DNA from: Sulfurospirillaceae bacterium
Lineage (GTDB): Bacteria > Campylobacterota > Campylobacteria > Campylobacterales > Sulfurospirillaceae
Direction: 5' to 3'
Assembly: GCA_033723415.1 (NCBI GenBank)
Contig: JAWVXD010000013.1
Location: 1-38,218 of the forward strand
Length of the DNA: 38,218 bases
The number at the start of each line of letters is the position of its first letter. The stretch's first letter is position 1. Both the position numbers and the translations under genes were made by a program. Of the stretch, positions 20,699 through 30,473 are shown one piece after another. The notes beneath the pieces were generated by a model, which was given only the letters and a program-made list of their open reading frames with translations, made no database searches and was not told the origin of the DNA.

Positions 20699-20907
20699 AT
20701 GATTTTAAAACCTTGTTCAACATATTTTGATAAATATCTCTATAATTTTGTTTGTATTTTACAATGCAAAAACTTTAAGATAGCTGTCAAATATATGATA
20801 AAATTCATACTTAATCTAAAAATTGTATTCTAAAAATCGCTAAACCAATAGTGTTATTAATGAAACGCTTTAATACATATTTAACGATTTAATGTTAAAC
20901 TTCAAAA

Positions 20908-21384
20908 ATGAAAATAAAAAGATTTTATAAATTACTTTTACTGGAAATAGTCGTATTAAGCTTGATATCTGCATATTTTTTGATAGATTCTAGTGACATA
21001 TACAGATGGTATGTAGGCAATACAAATTTTGTAAAACAAAATAAAAATTGTGACCTGCATAAGAATGCTTGTGAGATTAAACTAAAAGACGGAAGCAAGA
21101 TGTCACTATCTATAACGCCTCGTACGATTCCACTTTTAAAACCTATCCGATTTCAAGTTTCCACTCATGGCATAGATACGAAAGTTTTACAATTAAAAAT
21201 TTATGCTACAAATATGAATATGGGTTTTCATGAATCAGTGCTAAAAAAAGTAAAAGAAGGTCTTTATGAAGGCAATATAACACTCCCAACCTGTATAGTA
21301 GGCGGCATGATATGGAATGCAAACATCATCGCCAACAAAACTAACAGAAGTGTCGGCGCGATATTTGAGTTTAAAACCGAGTAG
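20908..21384 (+). CDS. Exported/membrane-anchored hypothetical protein (CDLxxxxC...NMNMG...LPTC)
   Basis: N-terminal hydrophobic helix; Cys/Met motif pattern recalls small Ig-fold proteins often found beside SCO/PCuAC copper chaperones (recollection, unverified). Confidence 0.6.
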   Translation: MKIKRFYKLLLLEIVVLSLISAYFLIDSSDIYRWYVGNTNFVKQNKNCDLHKNACEIKLKDGSKMSLSITPRTIPLLKPIRFQVSTHGIDTKVLQLKIYATNMNMGFHESVLKKVKEGLYEGNITLPTCIVGGMIWNANIIANKTNRSVGAIFEFKTE

Positions 21385-21385
21385 A

Positions 21386-21952
21386 TTACTTTGCTTCTAT
21401 CCCTTCTAGTCCGATATCTATTTTGATTATATCTCCCACAAGTACACCGCCGGCTTCCATGACCTTGTTCCACTTAAGTCCATAATCGAGTCTATTGACT
21501 TTTCCGCTCAAAGAAAGACCGGTTCTTACATTTCCCCAAGGATCAGTGATCGTTCCTGCTACTTCTAGATGTAGTTTTATATCTTTGGTCACGCCACGCA
21601 TTGTCAGCTTTCCATACACAGTATCACCTTCTATCTTTGTAGAAACGAAGGTCAATGTAGGATATTTTGCAGCATCAAAGAAATCAGAACTTTTTAGATG
21701 TGCATCTCGTTTTGCAACTTTCGTGTCTATAGAGTTAACATCGGCAGTACCTTTGACGGAAATAAGTTTTTTTGTTTTGTTATCATAAACAAAGTTACCG
21801 CTAAATTTGTCGAATTGTCCCTCTACCGTAGATATCATCATATGTCTTGCTTTAAATGATACATGTGAGTGTGCTATATCTAGATTGTATGTTCCTGCAA
21901 AAAGCGCGCTGGTCATAGCAATCAAAGCTAAAAATATACTTGTTTTCTTCAT
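21386..21952 (-). CDS. yceI: YceI family periplasmic lipid/polyisoprenoid-binding protein
   Basis: Signal peptide; HSHVSFKARHMMIS, RDAHLKSSDFFD, GKLTMRGVTK, DPWGN, NRLDYGL. Confidence 0.93.
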   Translation of the reverse strand: MKKTSIFLALIAMTSALFAGTYNLDIAHSHVSFKARHMMISTVEGQFDKFSGNFVYDNKTKKLISVKGTADVNSIDTKVAKRDAHLKSSDFFDAAKYPTLTFVSTKIEGDTVYGKLTMRGVTKDIKLHLEVAGTITDPWGNVRTGLSLSGKVNRLDYGLKWNKVMEAGGVLVGDIIKIDIGLEGIEAK

Positions 21953-22076
21953 CGTTCTTCCTTTTTTATTAAAAATTTATCTATATATATTCAAATAAAG
22001 AACTACAAAAGACTATATGTGCACTATAGTATTTTGTTATGTTCACCTCTGTTTTACTACCATTTGGCGAATTATA

Positions 22077-22090
22077 TTACTAATTAGTAA
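22077..22090. promoter_or_regulatory. Perfect 14-bp palindrome in the divergent yceI/ovoA intergenic region, candidate operator
   Basis: TTACTAATTAGTAA is its own reverse complement. Confidence 0.35.
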
Positions 22091-22224
22091 CAATGTCAAG
22101 ACTTATACTAAAATAATTATGTAATTTTTACGTCACAACTATACGAAATATGTAAGGTAAGTTTTAATTTGTTGTGTTATGATTTGACCAAGAGTTCTAG
22201 TTTTACAAAAACAAAAGGGAAATA

Positions 22225-24327
22225 ATGCAAAAAAGCTTGATAACACACAATATACCATTGACTTTTGATGATGTTTCTTTTAAAAGAGCCCAAATTCGAG
22301 AATACTTCTTAAAAACTTATGAACTATTTGAAAAGCAATTTGAGATATTTGTCGATGACAGTGTATTTTATGAAAAACCTGAGCCTCTTAGACATCAACT
22401 AATCTTTTATTTTGGTCATACTGCCACCTTTTATATAAACAAGATGATGCTTGGCAAATATATACAAAAACGCATAAATCCAACTTTTGAATCAATATTT
22501 TCGATCGGCGTAGATGAGATGAGCTGGGATGATCTTGACAAAGTAGAATACGACTGGCCAAGTGTTGATGAAGTGAGAGATTATAGGGAAAAGGTCAAAC
22601 AAGTCGTACTTGATCATATAGATAATGTCACGTTTTCATCTCCTATCTCATGGGATAGTCCGATGTGGGTCGTATTGATGGGGATAGAGCATGAGCGTAT
22701 CCATATAGAGACTTCATCCGTTTTACACAGACAGCTAGATATATCAAAAGTTAAAGAACATCCTGATTTTCCAATTTGTAAAGAGATTGACACAAAGTAT
22801 CCAAAGAACGAACTCTTGAGCATAAAAGGCAAAAAAGTAACATTAGGTAAAAAAAGAGATCAGTTTGATTTTTACGGCTGGGATAACGAATACGGAAGCT
22901 ATGAAGAAGACGTAAAAGATTTTAAAGCTTCAAAATATCTGGTCAGCAACGGCGAATTTTTAGAATTCGTGAGGGATGGCGGATATGAAAATGATGAATT
23001 TTGGAGTGATGAGGGGAAAAGGTGGAAAGCTTATACAAAAGCCGAGTTCCCGACATTTTGGATCAAAGACAAAGAGAGTTTTAAATACAAAACTCTGACA
23101 AAAGTCCTGCCTCTGCCGATGAATTGGCCAGTGGACGTCAATTATCTTGAAGCAGAAGCCTTTTGCAACTATCTCAGTTACAAACTAGACAAGGATATTT
23201 CACTTCCGAGTGAAGCCATGTACCGTGTGCTGAGAGATACTTGCGGCATAGACAATGAACCGCAAGTCGATGCAAACCTCAACTTTGAACACTTCGCATC
23301 CTCTGTACCTGTAGATAGATTCAAGCACGATAAGTTCTATGACATCGTGGGAAACGTCTGGCAGTGGACGACAACGTTTATAGATGGATTTGAGGGATTT
23401 GAAACACATCCTCTTTATGATGATTTCTCTGTACCCACTTTTGATACAAGACACAATATCATCAAAGGAGGTTCTTGGGCAAGTACAGGCAATGAAGTCT
23501 TGGCAAACAGCCGCTATGCCTTTAGAAGACATTTCTTTCAACATGCCGGTTTCAGATATATAGAGGGCAAAAGCAATACAACTTATAAAAAAGAGTACTA
23601 CGAAAAAGACGAGATCATTTCACAATACTGTGAATTTCACTATGGGGATGAACATTTTGGAGTCAAAAATTTTGCCAAGAATATCGCCGATATCGCCGGC
23701 AAATATGCGATAAACAAAAAAAGTGTCCTAGACATCGGATGTAGTGTCGGGCGGACTTCTTTTGAACTGTGCAAGACGTTTGAAAAGGTAACGGGCATAG
23801 ACTTTAGTGCAAGATTTATAAACGTAGCCCAATCTTTAAAAGACAATGGCTATTTGAGATACGAGAAGAAGATCGAAGGCGATATCAAAGAACAAAAAGA
23901 GATCACGCTGAAAAGCTTAGGACTAGATAAGATAAATTTTGAAAAACTTGAATTCTGGCAAGGCGATGCCTGCAACCTCAAACCGCACTTTGAGAACTAT
24001 GACATGATCGTGGCGATCAACCTGCTGGATCGATTGTACAACCCGAAACTTTTCTTGCAAGACGTTTCAAGAAGACTCAATGATGAGGGTATCTTCATCG
24101 TAGCGAGCCCATTTACTTGGAGCGAAGAGTACGTCAAAAAAGAAAATTGGCTCGGAGGAAAAATAGAAAACGGCAAAGTGATCTACTCACAAGATAGACT
24201 CAATGAAATCTTACAAGAAGATTTTGTACCTCTGAGCGATCCTTTTGATGTAGAGTTCGTCATACAAGAGCACGTGAGGAAATTCCAACACACACTAAGC
24301 AAGTTTTCAATTTGGAAAAAACGGTGA
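22225..24327 (+). CDS. ovoA: 5-histidylcysteine sulfoxide synthase / methyltransferase (ovothiol biosynthesis)
   Basis: DinB-like N-terminus (LRHQLIFYFGHTATFY, GVDEMSWDDL), iron motif HERIHIET, FGE-sulfatase domain (GNVWQW, HPLYDDFS, RYAFRRHFFQHAGFRY), C-terminal SAM methyltransferase (LDIGCSVGR, GIDFSARFI). Confidence 0.95.
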   Translation: MQKSLITHNIPLTFDDVSFKRAQIREYFLKTYELFEKQFEIFVDDSVFYEKPEPLRHQLIFYFGHTATFYINKMMLGKYIQKRINPTFESIFSIGVDEMSWDDLDKVEYDWPSVDEVRDYREKVKQVVLDHIDNVTFSSPISWDSPMWVVLMGIEHERIHIETSSVLHRQLDISKVKEHPDFPICKEIDTKYPKNELLSIKGKKVTLGKKRDQFDFYGWDNEYGSYEEDVKDFKASKYLVSNGEFLEFVRDGGYENDEFWSDEGKRWKAYTKAEFPTFWIKDKESFKYKTLTKVLPLPMNWPVDVNYLEAEAFCNYLSYKLDKDISLPSEAMYRVLRDTCGIDNEPQVDANLNFEHFASSVPVDRFKHDKFYDIVGNVWQWTTTFIDGFEGFETHPLYDDFSVPTFDTRHNIIKGGSWASTGNEVLANSRYAFRRHFFQHAGFRYIEGKSNTTYKKEYYEKDEIISQYCEFHYGDEHFGVKNFAKNIADIAGKYAINKKSVLDIGCSVGRTSFELCKTFEKVTGIDFSARFINVAQSLKDNGYLRYEKKIEGDIKEQKEITLKSLGLDKINFEKLEFWQGDACNLKPHFENYDMIVAINLLDRLYNPKLFLQDVSRRLNDEGIFIVASPFTWSEEYVKKENWLGGKIENGKVIYSQDRLNEILQEDFVPLSDPFDVEFVIQEHVRKFQHTLSKFSIWKKR

Positions 24328-24390
24328 TAAGTCTCTAGTTTTAGGGATTTTTATCTCATAAAATATTTTTGATAGTTTACTTAAGACATA

Positions 24391-24432
24391 AAACCCTACT
24401 TTGAGAAAATAAATCCTCTCAAAGTAGGGTTT
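24391..24432. terminator. Long hairpin between convergent ovoA and the cytochrome gene
   Basis: Perfect 16-bp inverted repeat AAACCCTACTTTGAGA / TCTCAAAGTAGGGTTT with a 10-nt loop. Confidence 0.75.
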
Positions 24433-24474
24433 CTATCTCAAAAATTTCGTCATTTAATGATCAGCTTTCCATTT

Positions 24475-26154
24475 TCATGGAGTATATATAGCTGTATCAG
24501 CTGAGACAGTCTCATAATGATTTGTAGTATTTGTATCTAACAACCTCATCAATGCCACTTCCCTTAGATCAGTATCTTTAAAAAGATCTTGGGTAAATCC
24601 GTGCGAGAATGTTTCGTACATCAATGTGACACTTATGTTATAGATGCCGCTTGGCAGACCGCTAACCTCATAATCTACCGTATCACTGCCTCCTACGAAA
24701 TTTGTGTCATTAAGAGCTTCTCCATATGGTTGTGCAGTTGATGGTGTAGTACTTTTGTAACCTAGCGGCAAGATACGATTGTCTTTTAGGTATCTTGATG
24801 CATTCATGAATGTATAAGTGAGTTGTCCGGATGTATCCGCCATAATTGATTCATAGACCTGAACCTCTGATGGGTTAGTGATCTTATCATGGTGAATTTG
24901 ATATCCGTTTGTTATACCATCCACACCTACGATACCGCCTTCTACATCAAAAGCACCTGATTCAAAAACACTTTGATTTGTGTCATTTGTCACTTTGACA
25001 TGTAGCCAGGCACGGTGAATCGGCAAACTGGTTGGAAATTTGTGACCGCTGTGATTACGGATAAGCACTGAAAATGCCAGCGTACCGTTGACATAACTTA
25101 TTGTCGTGATATTGACATCAGCCGCCGCTTTTAGGAATTCTCTTGTATCTGTTATACTCTGATCCAATCTGGCTTCATCCACGATAGAGCCTAACTTGAT
25201 GCGGTTATTTTTGATGATCTCCAGCATATAAGTATTTGCCCCGATAAATCTGTGTTCATGAAACGGTGATCTAGCGGTTAAAGAAGTTCCTCTGGTAGAG
25301 ATAACCACACTACCCTCGGTTATCGGCATATGACAATCCTGACAATTTTTTGTGCCGTTATAGTCGCTGTATTCCCACTCAGTGTACACTGCTTGTTCAG
25401 GAAAAGTGTCACTTGTCAGATTTCCATCTGCGTCTATCACAGGGGTATTGAGATTATGGCAAGTAGCACAAAGTTTGGAAGCTTCTATCTGTGCACCGTA
25501 TACCGGTGTAAACTCGACATTGTTTATCATCGGCGCTTGCTTAGGATCGAGATAAGGACCATAGATCGTACGATCGGTACCAAAATTTTCAGCGATGACG
25601 AATTTACCGGAAAAACCTGCATCGGTTCCTAATTCCGGAGTATTTTCTATCTGATGACAGAGCGTACAGCTTACACCGTCTTTTGCAGCGTCATAGTGTG
25701 GATTTGATACATTTAGAAATCCATCACCGAACATGAGTGTAGGATCACCAATAAATTTGGCGTCAACATAAGCCATCGGCATATGACAGCTACTGCATTT
25801 TGCTTCGATGACTTCTTTAAAATTCGGGTTACGTTTTACTTCACTAGCCACTTTTGCCAAATAAAGAGGATCTATACTGGCATGCCCCATGATCGTTCCA
25901 TGCCATGCTTTGACTATTGAGACATCTTTGTTGGTAACGGTATCAAAAATATTATCATGACATAGCGCACAATTTTGAGAACCGCTAAAGTGTAATGATG
26001 TAAAGTAAGGGTTATAAGGAACAACATCCGCAAAATCATCCAATGTGATATTGTCCTCAGTAGTAGTGTCCTTCGTGTCACTTGATGAATCTATCCAACA
26101 TGATGTAAAAAAGATCATCAAACTTGTCAATAAAAGAATTTTGAGTTCATGCAT
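24475..26154 (-). CDS. Pentaheme c-type cytochrome lipoprotein with C-terminal beta-rich domain
   Basis: Lipobox-like FFTSC; five CxxCH motifs (CALCH, CSSCH, CTLCH, CATCH, CQDCH); GHKFPT motif. Confidence 0.88.
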   Translation of the reverse strand: MHELKILLLTSLMIFFTSCWIDSSSDTKDTTTEDNITLDDFADVVPYNPYFTSLHFSGSQNCALCHDNIFDTVTNKDVSIVKAWHGTIMGHASIDPLYLAKVASEVKRNPNFKEVIEAKCSSCHMPMAYVDAKFIGDPTLMFGDGFLNVSNPHYDAAKDGVSCTLCHQIENTPELGTDAGFSGKFVIAENFGTDRTIYGPYLDPKQAPMINNVEFTPVYGAQIEASKLCATCHNLNTPVIDADGNLTSDTFPEQAVYTEWEYSDYNGTKNCQDCHMPITEGSVVISTRGTSLTARSPFHEHRFIGANTYMLEIIKNNRIKLGSIVDEARLDQSITDTREFLKAAADVNITTISYVNGTLAFSVLIRNHSGHKFPTSLPIHRAWLHVKVTNDTNQSVFESGAFDVEGGIVGVDGITNGYQIHHDKITNPSEVQVYESIMADTSGQLTYTFMNASRYLKDNRILPLGYKSTTPSTAQPYGEALNDTNFVGGSDTVDYEVSGLPSGIYNISVTLMYETFSHGFTQDLFKDTDLREVALMRLLDTNTTNHYETVSADTAIYTP

Positions 26155-26362
26155 AATAAACTCCTTTTATTATGAATTACATTAGTATACATCAACCAAA
26201 ATCTTTTGTCAATATTATTTTTAAAGGTTAATTTAAAAAACCCTTTTAAGATAAAGGACAATTTTAGTATGTATTATCTTTTGAATTTGTGTCAAATACA
26301 CAAGGACAAGGCTATTTAATATCTATATTTTTAGATAATACGTCATATAAAAATATAATTTA

Positions 26363-26382
26363 AAATGCAAAACTTTGCATTT
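26363..26382. promoter_or_regulatory. Palindrome upstream of the pentaheme cytochrome gene, candidate operator
   Basis: AAATGCAAA-AC-TTTGCATTT, 9-bp arms with a 2-nt spacer (too short for an RNA loop). Confidence 0.4.
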
Positions 26383-26393
26383 ATAGATAGATC

Positions 26394-26416
26394 ATGACCG
26401 ATATAAAATCGGTCAT
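26394..26416. terminator. Hairpin just downstream of the haem-binding gene
   Basis: ATGACCGAT-ATAAA-ATCGGTCAT, 9-bp stem, 7 nt after the stop codon. Confidence 0.55.
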
Positions 26417-26423
26417 TTTATTG

Positions 26424-26864
26424 TTATGAGTTTTGTAATTTTTGTATCTGCTTATCGAAGAAATGATTCAAAAGTTCTTTTTGTTCTTTATTTAGTATGG
26501 CATGTTTATGCATCCAAGTATAATTTCCGATAGGCATCAGATCAAGATTTATAAGATGATTTGCACGTTTTAATCTTGCAAGTTTCCTTTGCGGATCCAT
26601 AGTAACCCAATCAGAAAAGTTGATAGCTTTACGTCCTCTGTTTATGTGATCTGCCATGAACCAAGATACCGGTGCAATATTGCTATACCATGGGTATTTT
26701 GTCTCATTTGAGTGACAATCATAACAAGAGCCTTTGAGTACCTTCATAACCTTGGCATCTGCATGTAATTCGACTTTCTTATCAACTTTGGGATCTTTAA
26801 AATCCGGTCTGATAAATTGTATGACAACAAATATGCCTAATACTATAAGAAAAGCATTCTTCAT
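26424..26864 (-). CDS. Haem-binding domain (Haem_bd) monoheme cytochrome c protein
   Basis: N-terminal anchor ending IQFIRP; SCYDCHSNETKYPWYSNIAPVSW...GRKAINFSDW; MP motif. Confidence 0.9.
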   Translation of the reverse strand: MKNAFLIVLGIFVVIQFIRPDFKDPKVDKKVELHADAKVMKVLKGSCYDCHSNETKYPWYSNIAPVSWFMADHINRGRKAINFSDWVTMDPQRKLARLKRANHLINLDLMPIGNYTWMHKHAILNKEQKELLNHFFDKQIQKLQNS

Positions 26865-26960
26865 ATATCTTCCATCCTTTTTGTAAAATAAAATAAAATA
26901 AAAATTATAGCTTTAATTTTTAAATGCTAATAAAACGAAGAATAAAAAATCGATAGTATG

Positions 26961-27809
26961 TTAAAATTCGTACTGCACTCCAAGTATATTTCCTCTCCAT
27001 ACCAAATTTAAAACTCCTTCTTCATACCATCCTACTTCTCCATATGTAGGAATACGTATACCATTGTGGATTTGATAGTTGCTAAAGTGTCCTTCCCATG
27101 GAGTTTTTTTGTACCCTGCCTCAGTGCGTTGGAATCGTCCGGGACTGTAGATCGAAACTATTTCATCTGATTCATTGAAACGAAATTCTAAAGAAACAGC
27201 GCTACCATTATCAGTTAGTGTCGCTATGGCTGATCTTTCATCTTTAGCACTCAATATCACACCTGATTTGGATAAAAAAGCAGTGGGATACCAGGGAAAT
27301 TCTGCTAGATATCTGAGCAATGCCGCCGAATTTAGTTCCTCTTTGTCAGCATCAGAAGCGATAACAAATGTCGAACACAAACTAACCCTACCTGCACCTA
27401 CTCCTGCATCATAACTATCTAAAACACGCAGATGAGTACCAAAAGGCATCTTGATCTTTGCATTCCAGATGAAACCGGGAGCAGATGGTATCACCACTTG
27501 CTCGGCAGTAAAAAAGTACCAGTTATCGCTTTTTATATTTGTACGTATCTTTCCTGATTGGGATAACTTCACCTTTTTTATAGGCTTGTGAACATCTAAC
27601 AAAACATGTTTTAGATAGCCAATAACAGGCGGAGGAAGATTTGTGGAAGATTCAATATCTATATGATCATGTTCGAGATCAGAACATTCATCAACAAGTT
27701 TTTTGCTCATACTGTTCATCTTTTTAGACTCACGGATACGTCCTATGATGACAGCGATCACAAGACTGATAAAACTAACTCCAAGCCAGATCAAACTCCA
27801 CTTGTGCAT
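26961..27809 (-). CDS. DUF6544/DUF6920-like membrane-anchored protein
   Basis: N-terminal TM; LPPPVIGYL, FTAEQ, GFIWNA, LLRYLAEFPWYPTA, TPWEG motifs. Confidence 0.75.
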   Translation of the reverse strand: MHKWSLIWLGVSFISLVIAVIIGRIRESKKMNSMSKKLVDECSDLEHDHIDIESSTNLPPPVIGYLKHVLLDVHKPIKKVKLSQSGKIRTNIKSDNWYFFTAEQVVIPSAPGFIWNAKIKMPFGTHLRVLDSYDAGVGAGRVSLCSTFVIASDADKEELNSAALLRYLAEFPWYPTAFLSKSGVILSAKDERSAIATLTDNGSAVSLEFRFNESDEIVSIYSPGRFQRTEAGYKKTPWEGHFSNYQIHNGIRIPTYGEVGWYEEGVLNLVWRGNILGVQYEF

Positions 27810-28005
27810 TTGTAGATTCTCCTTGTTGATAATGTCATTATAATTTTATGCGACTTAACTATGTATAAAAAGTAAAAAATTACTATAGCTATAACTTTAA
27901 TCTTTGATAATTAAAAAAATATTTAAGAAACTTATAAACCTACTAAAGATACCATTTATTAGGTTTAGTCAACAAAGTAATATTTTTTCATTAGAGGAGT
28001 TTACT

Positions 28006-28131
28006 ATGGAATGGCTCATATTTGGTGTATTTGTTGCCTCTCTTTATTTCTATTTTAACAGAAAAAAAAGTAAATCTGGTCAAGAGATCAAAGAAGATGG
28101 CGCGGAGATCAAAGATACGACAGAAAATTAA
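28006..28131 (+). CDS. Small single-TM protein (41 aa)
   Basis: GAGGAG RBS at 27994-27999, ATG at 28006: MEWLIFGVFVASLYFYFNRKKSK..., a hydrophobic helix followed by basic residues. Confidence 0.65.
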   Translation: MEWLIFGVFVASLYFYFNRKKSKSGQEIKEDGAEIKDTTEN

Positions 28132-28252
28132 TATCATCTAGGATAGTAAGATCAAGCTGAGACTTTGCATCATTGTTGTATCACTTTAAATCTAAAAGAC
28201 ACCTTGTTAAACACGCAATTTATCAAATGATTCACTTCTGAACAAATGCATA

Positions 28253-29425
28253 TCATGCTTTGCTAATAGAACGCTCTAAAAGTACAAAAACCAAAGGTGC
28301 AATTCCCAGTAAAAGCAATGTGATACACAAGATTGCAACGCCGCTATAGTGGTAATATTTCCAAGCAATTGATGGCAATAGTGTACCTAAGCATCCACCC
28401 AAATAAAAAAATGTTTGATACAAAACTGCCGTAACTCCTCGATTACTCGGCACTAACTCACCGATATAAGTCGGTGTTACAGATTGAACAGAGAACATGC
28501 CTAATGTCACAAATCCAATGCCCACAATGATGAAGAGACTAGAGTGAGACAAGGTCAAAATAATGCCCAAGATCAAGATACCAACGCCTAAAAATAAGAT
28601 CCTCACTCGGCCGACGATATCAGAATATCGACCTGCCAACGGGCTGATAAAAACACCTAACAATAAAACGAGGAAAATATTTCCAATTTCACTGCTATTG
28701 AGATTAAACGGCGCTTGGGCCAAGTGATAGGTCGCAAAAGTAGAAATCGCCATAAAAGAAAAAAATACAACGGTCGGTATCAATAAAACAGAAAGGATTC
28801 TAGGATTTGAGAGATAGAGCACGATGTCTTTTTTCTTGATGATCTCTTTTTTGATGATATTTCCTGCCGTATTTGCCGGTAATCCAAAGATCATAGCAAT
28901 CAAAGCTACCAATAAGAAAACTGCAAATACTGCAAATGCCATCCTCCATGAGTAGATATAGGTAACCCAACCTGCCAACAATCGCCCGATCACTGCACCG
29001 AAACTGGTTGCTGCCATATAAATCCCCATGCCCAAACCGACATAAGATTTTGGGTAAATCTCTTGCACGTAAGAAAGCATAATAGCGGTGATGCCGGGAA
29101 CAAAGATACCTTGGAGGATCCGACTAAAAAGCAGAAGATAAAAATTTGATGCAACTGCCGACAAAGAAACGGCAATAAAAAGAAAAAATGTAGAAAAGAC
29201 CATGATGTTTTTCTTACTCCAACGATTTGAGATCGGAGCATAAAACGGTGTTGCGATCATCAAAACAAAAAGCATCCCCGATAGTAGTAAATTCGTCTCA
29301 GCTACACCTATATGAAATACTTGTTTTAAGACAGGCAATATTGCTTGAGGCGTATATATCGTGGAAAATATGACCGATACAACGAAAAAAAGAGTTATGG
29401 AGATCTGAGTCATGGGGCTTTTCAT
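28253..29425 (-). CDS. MFS transporter (YnfM-like)
   Basis: About 12 TM; IYTPQAILP, SRILQG, GAVIGRLLAG, AGRYSDIVGR, FFYLGG. Confidence 0.9.
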   Translation of the reverse strand: MKSPMTQISITLFFVVSVIFSTIYTPQAILPVLKQVFHIGVAETNLLLSGMLFVLMIATPFYAPISNRWSKKNIMVFSTFFLFIAVSLSAVASNFYLLLFSRILQGIFVPGITAIMLSYVQEIYPKSYVGLGMGIYMAATSFGAVIGRLLAGWVTYIYSWRMAFAVFAVFLLVALIAMIFGLPANTAGNIIKKEIIKKKDIVLYLSNPRILSVLLIPTVVFFSFMAISTFATYHLAQAPFNLNSSEIGNIFLVLLLGVFISPLAGRYSDIVGRVRILFLGVGILILGIILTLSHSSLFIIVGIGFVTLGMFSVQSVTPTYIGELVPSNRGVTAVLYQTFFYLGGCLGTLLPSIAWKYYHYSGVAILCITLLLLGIAPLVFVLLERSISKA

Positions 29426-29527
29426 TTAAATCCTTATCAACTATCAATACCAAAGTATGTGAATTGCAAAGTCATAATTATAATTAACTACTCTTAATCA
29501 GTGATAAGATGGAAAAATATTTATATT

Positions 29528-30403
29528 TTACTCTTTTGCTAGTTTTTCTTTTTTGTCTTTGATGATCAAAAACAGTGCTAAGAATACAGCAACGGCTCCG
29601 ATATACATATTGAGTGTAAAAATATCACCCAGCAAGAACACTCCAAGAAGAGAAGCGCTGATCGGAATCAAAAATGTTACGAGTGAAACTTTGAGGGCAC
29701 CTGCTGAAAAAAGCAGTCGAAAATATATGATATAAGCGACAGCAGTTGAGAAAACAGCCAAAAGTATCAAATCTGTAAATTGTGCAAAATGCTCTACTCT
29801 TGTCTGATTGATGTTTGTGTGAAAAACAACATACATGATAACAGTGCTGCTAAAAAGCATGCCAAAAACCGCAAAAAGAGGATTGACTCCTTTGAGGATT
29901 TTGCCAAATATTCCGGCAAATGCATACGAAATCGGTGCTATCATGGCAATCAAAATATGTTGATCTAACGAGAGGCTTCCTTCTGGCAAGATCAAAACAA
30001 CAATACCTACAAAACCGATCATAACACCCAAAAGTTTTGCTCTTGTCAGCTTTTCATCTTTCGTCAAAAGATGTGCAAAAACTGCTGTGAATATCGGAGT
30101 AGTAGCATTGATGATCGAAGCATAAGATGCACTGATACCCTCTTGCGCATAGGCAAAAGACAAAAATGGTATAACATTGTTCAATAGTCCCATTAGAGCA
30201 AATGAAAGCCATAATTTGAGGCGAAGATCAAACTTCACTTTTTTGGTGATCAAAAATAACCAGATCGTGATAGAAGCGAAAAGTACCCTAAAAAACACGA
30301 CTTGTTCAAAAGAAAAATATACTAGTGTTTTTTCAATGAAGTAAAAAGAACATCCCCACAAAAATGAGAGCAGAAGAAGCAAACCAAGATTGACAACACT
30401 CAT
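29528..30403 (-). CDS. DMT/EamA family transporter
   Basis: LWGCSF, LLNNVIPF, ASIINATTPIFT, VTFLIP; about 10 TM. Confidence 0.92.
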   Translation of the reverse strand: MSVVNLGLLLLLSFLWGCSFYFIEKTLVYFSFEQVVFFRVLFASITIWLFLITKKVKFDLRLKLWLSFALMGLLNNVIPFLSFAYAQEGISASYASIINATTPIFTAVFAHLLTKDEKLTRAKLLGVMIGFVGIVVLILPEGSLSLDQHILIAMIAPISYAFAGIFGKILKGVNPLFAVFGMLFSSTVIMYVVFHTNINQTRVEHFAQFTDLILLAVFSTAVAYIIYFRLLFSAGALKVSLVTFLIPISASLLGVFLLGDIFTLNMYIGAVAVFLALFLIIKDKKEKLAKE

Positions 30404-30473
30404 ACGCCGCCTTTAAAATTTTGTTAGTCGAAGTATATATAATTTGTATATCTTAGTCAATCCAAATATTGCT

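Noticed and set aside
22225..24327. egtB or selenium-type (senA/ovsA) assignment
   Set aside because: The C-terminal methyltransferase and OvoA-specific motifs are present; no egtD, senB or selD neighbours.
26281..26295. FNR/Crp-like box TTGA...TCAA
   Set aside because: Spacing is one base longer than the TTGAT-N4-ATCAA consensus, and the region is AT-rich.
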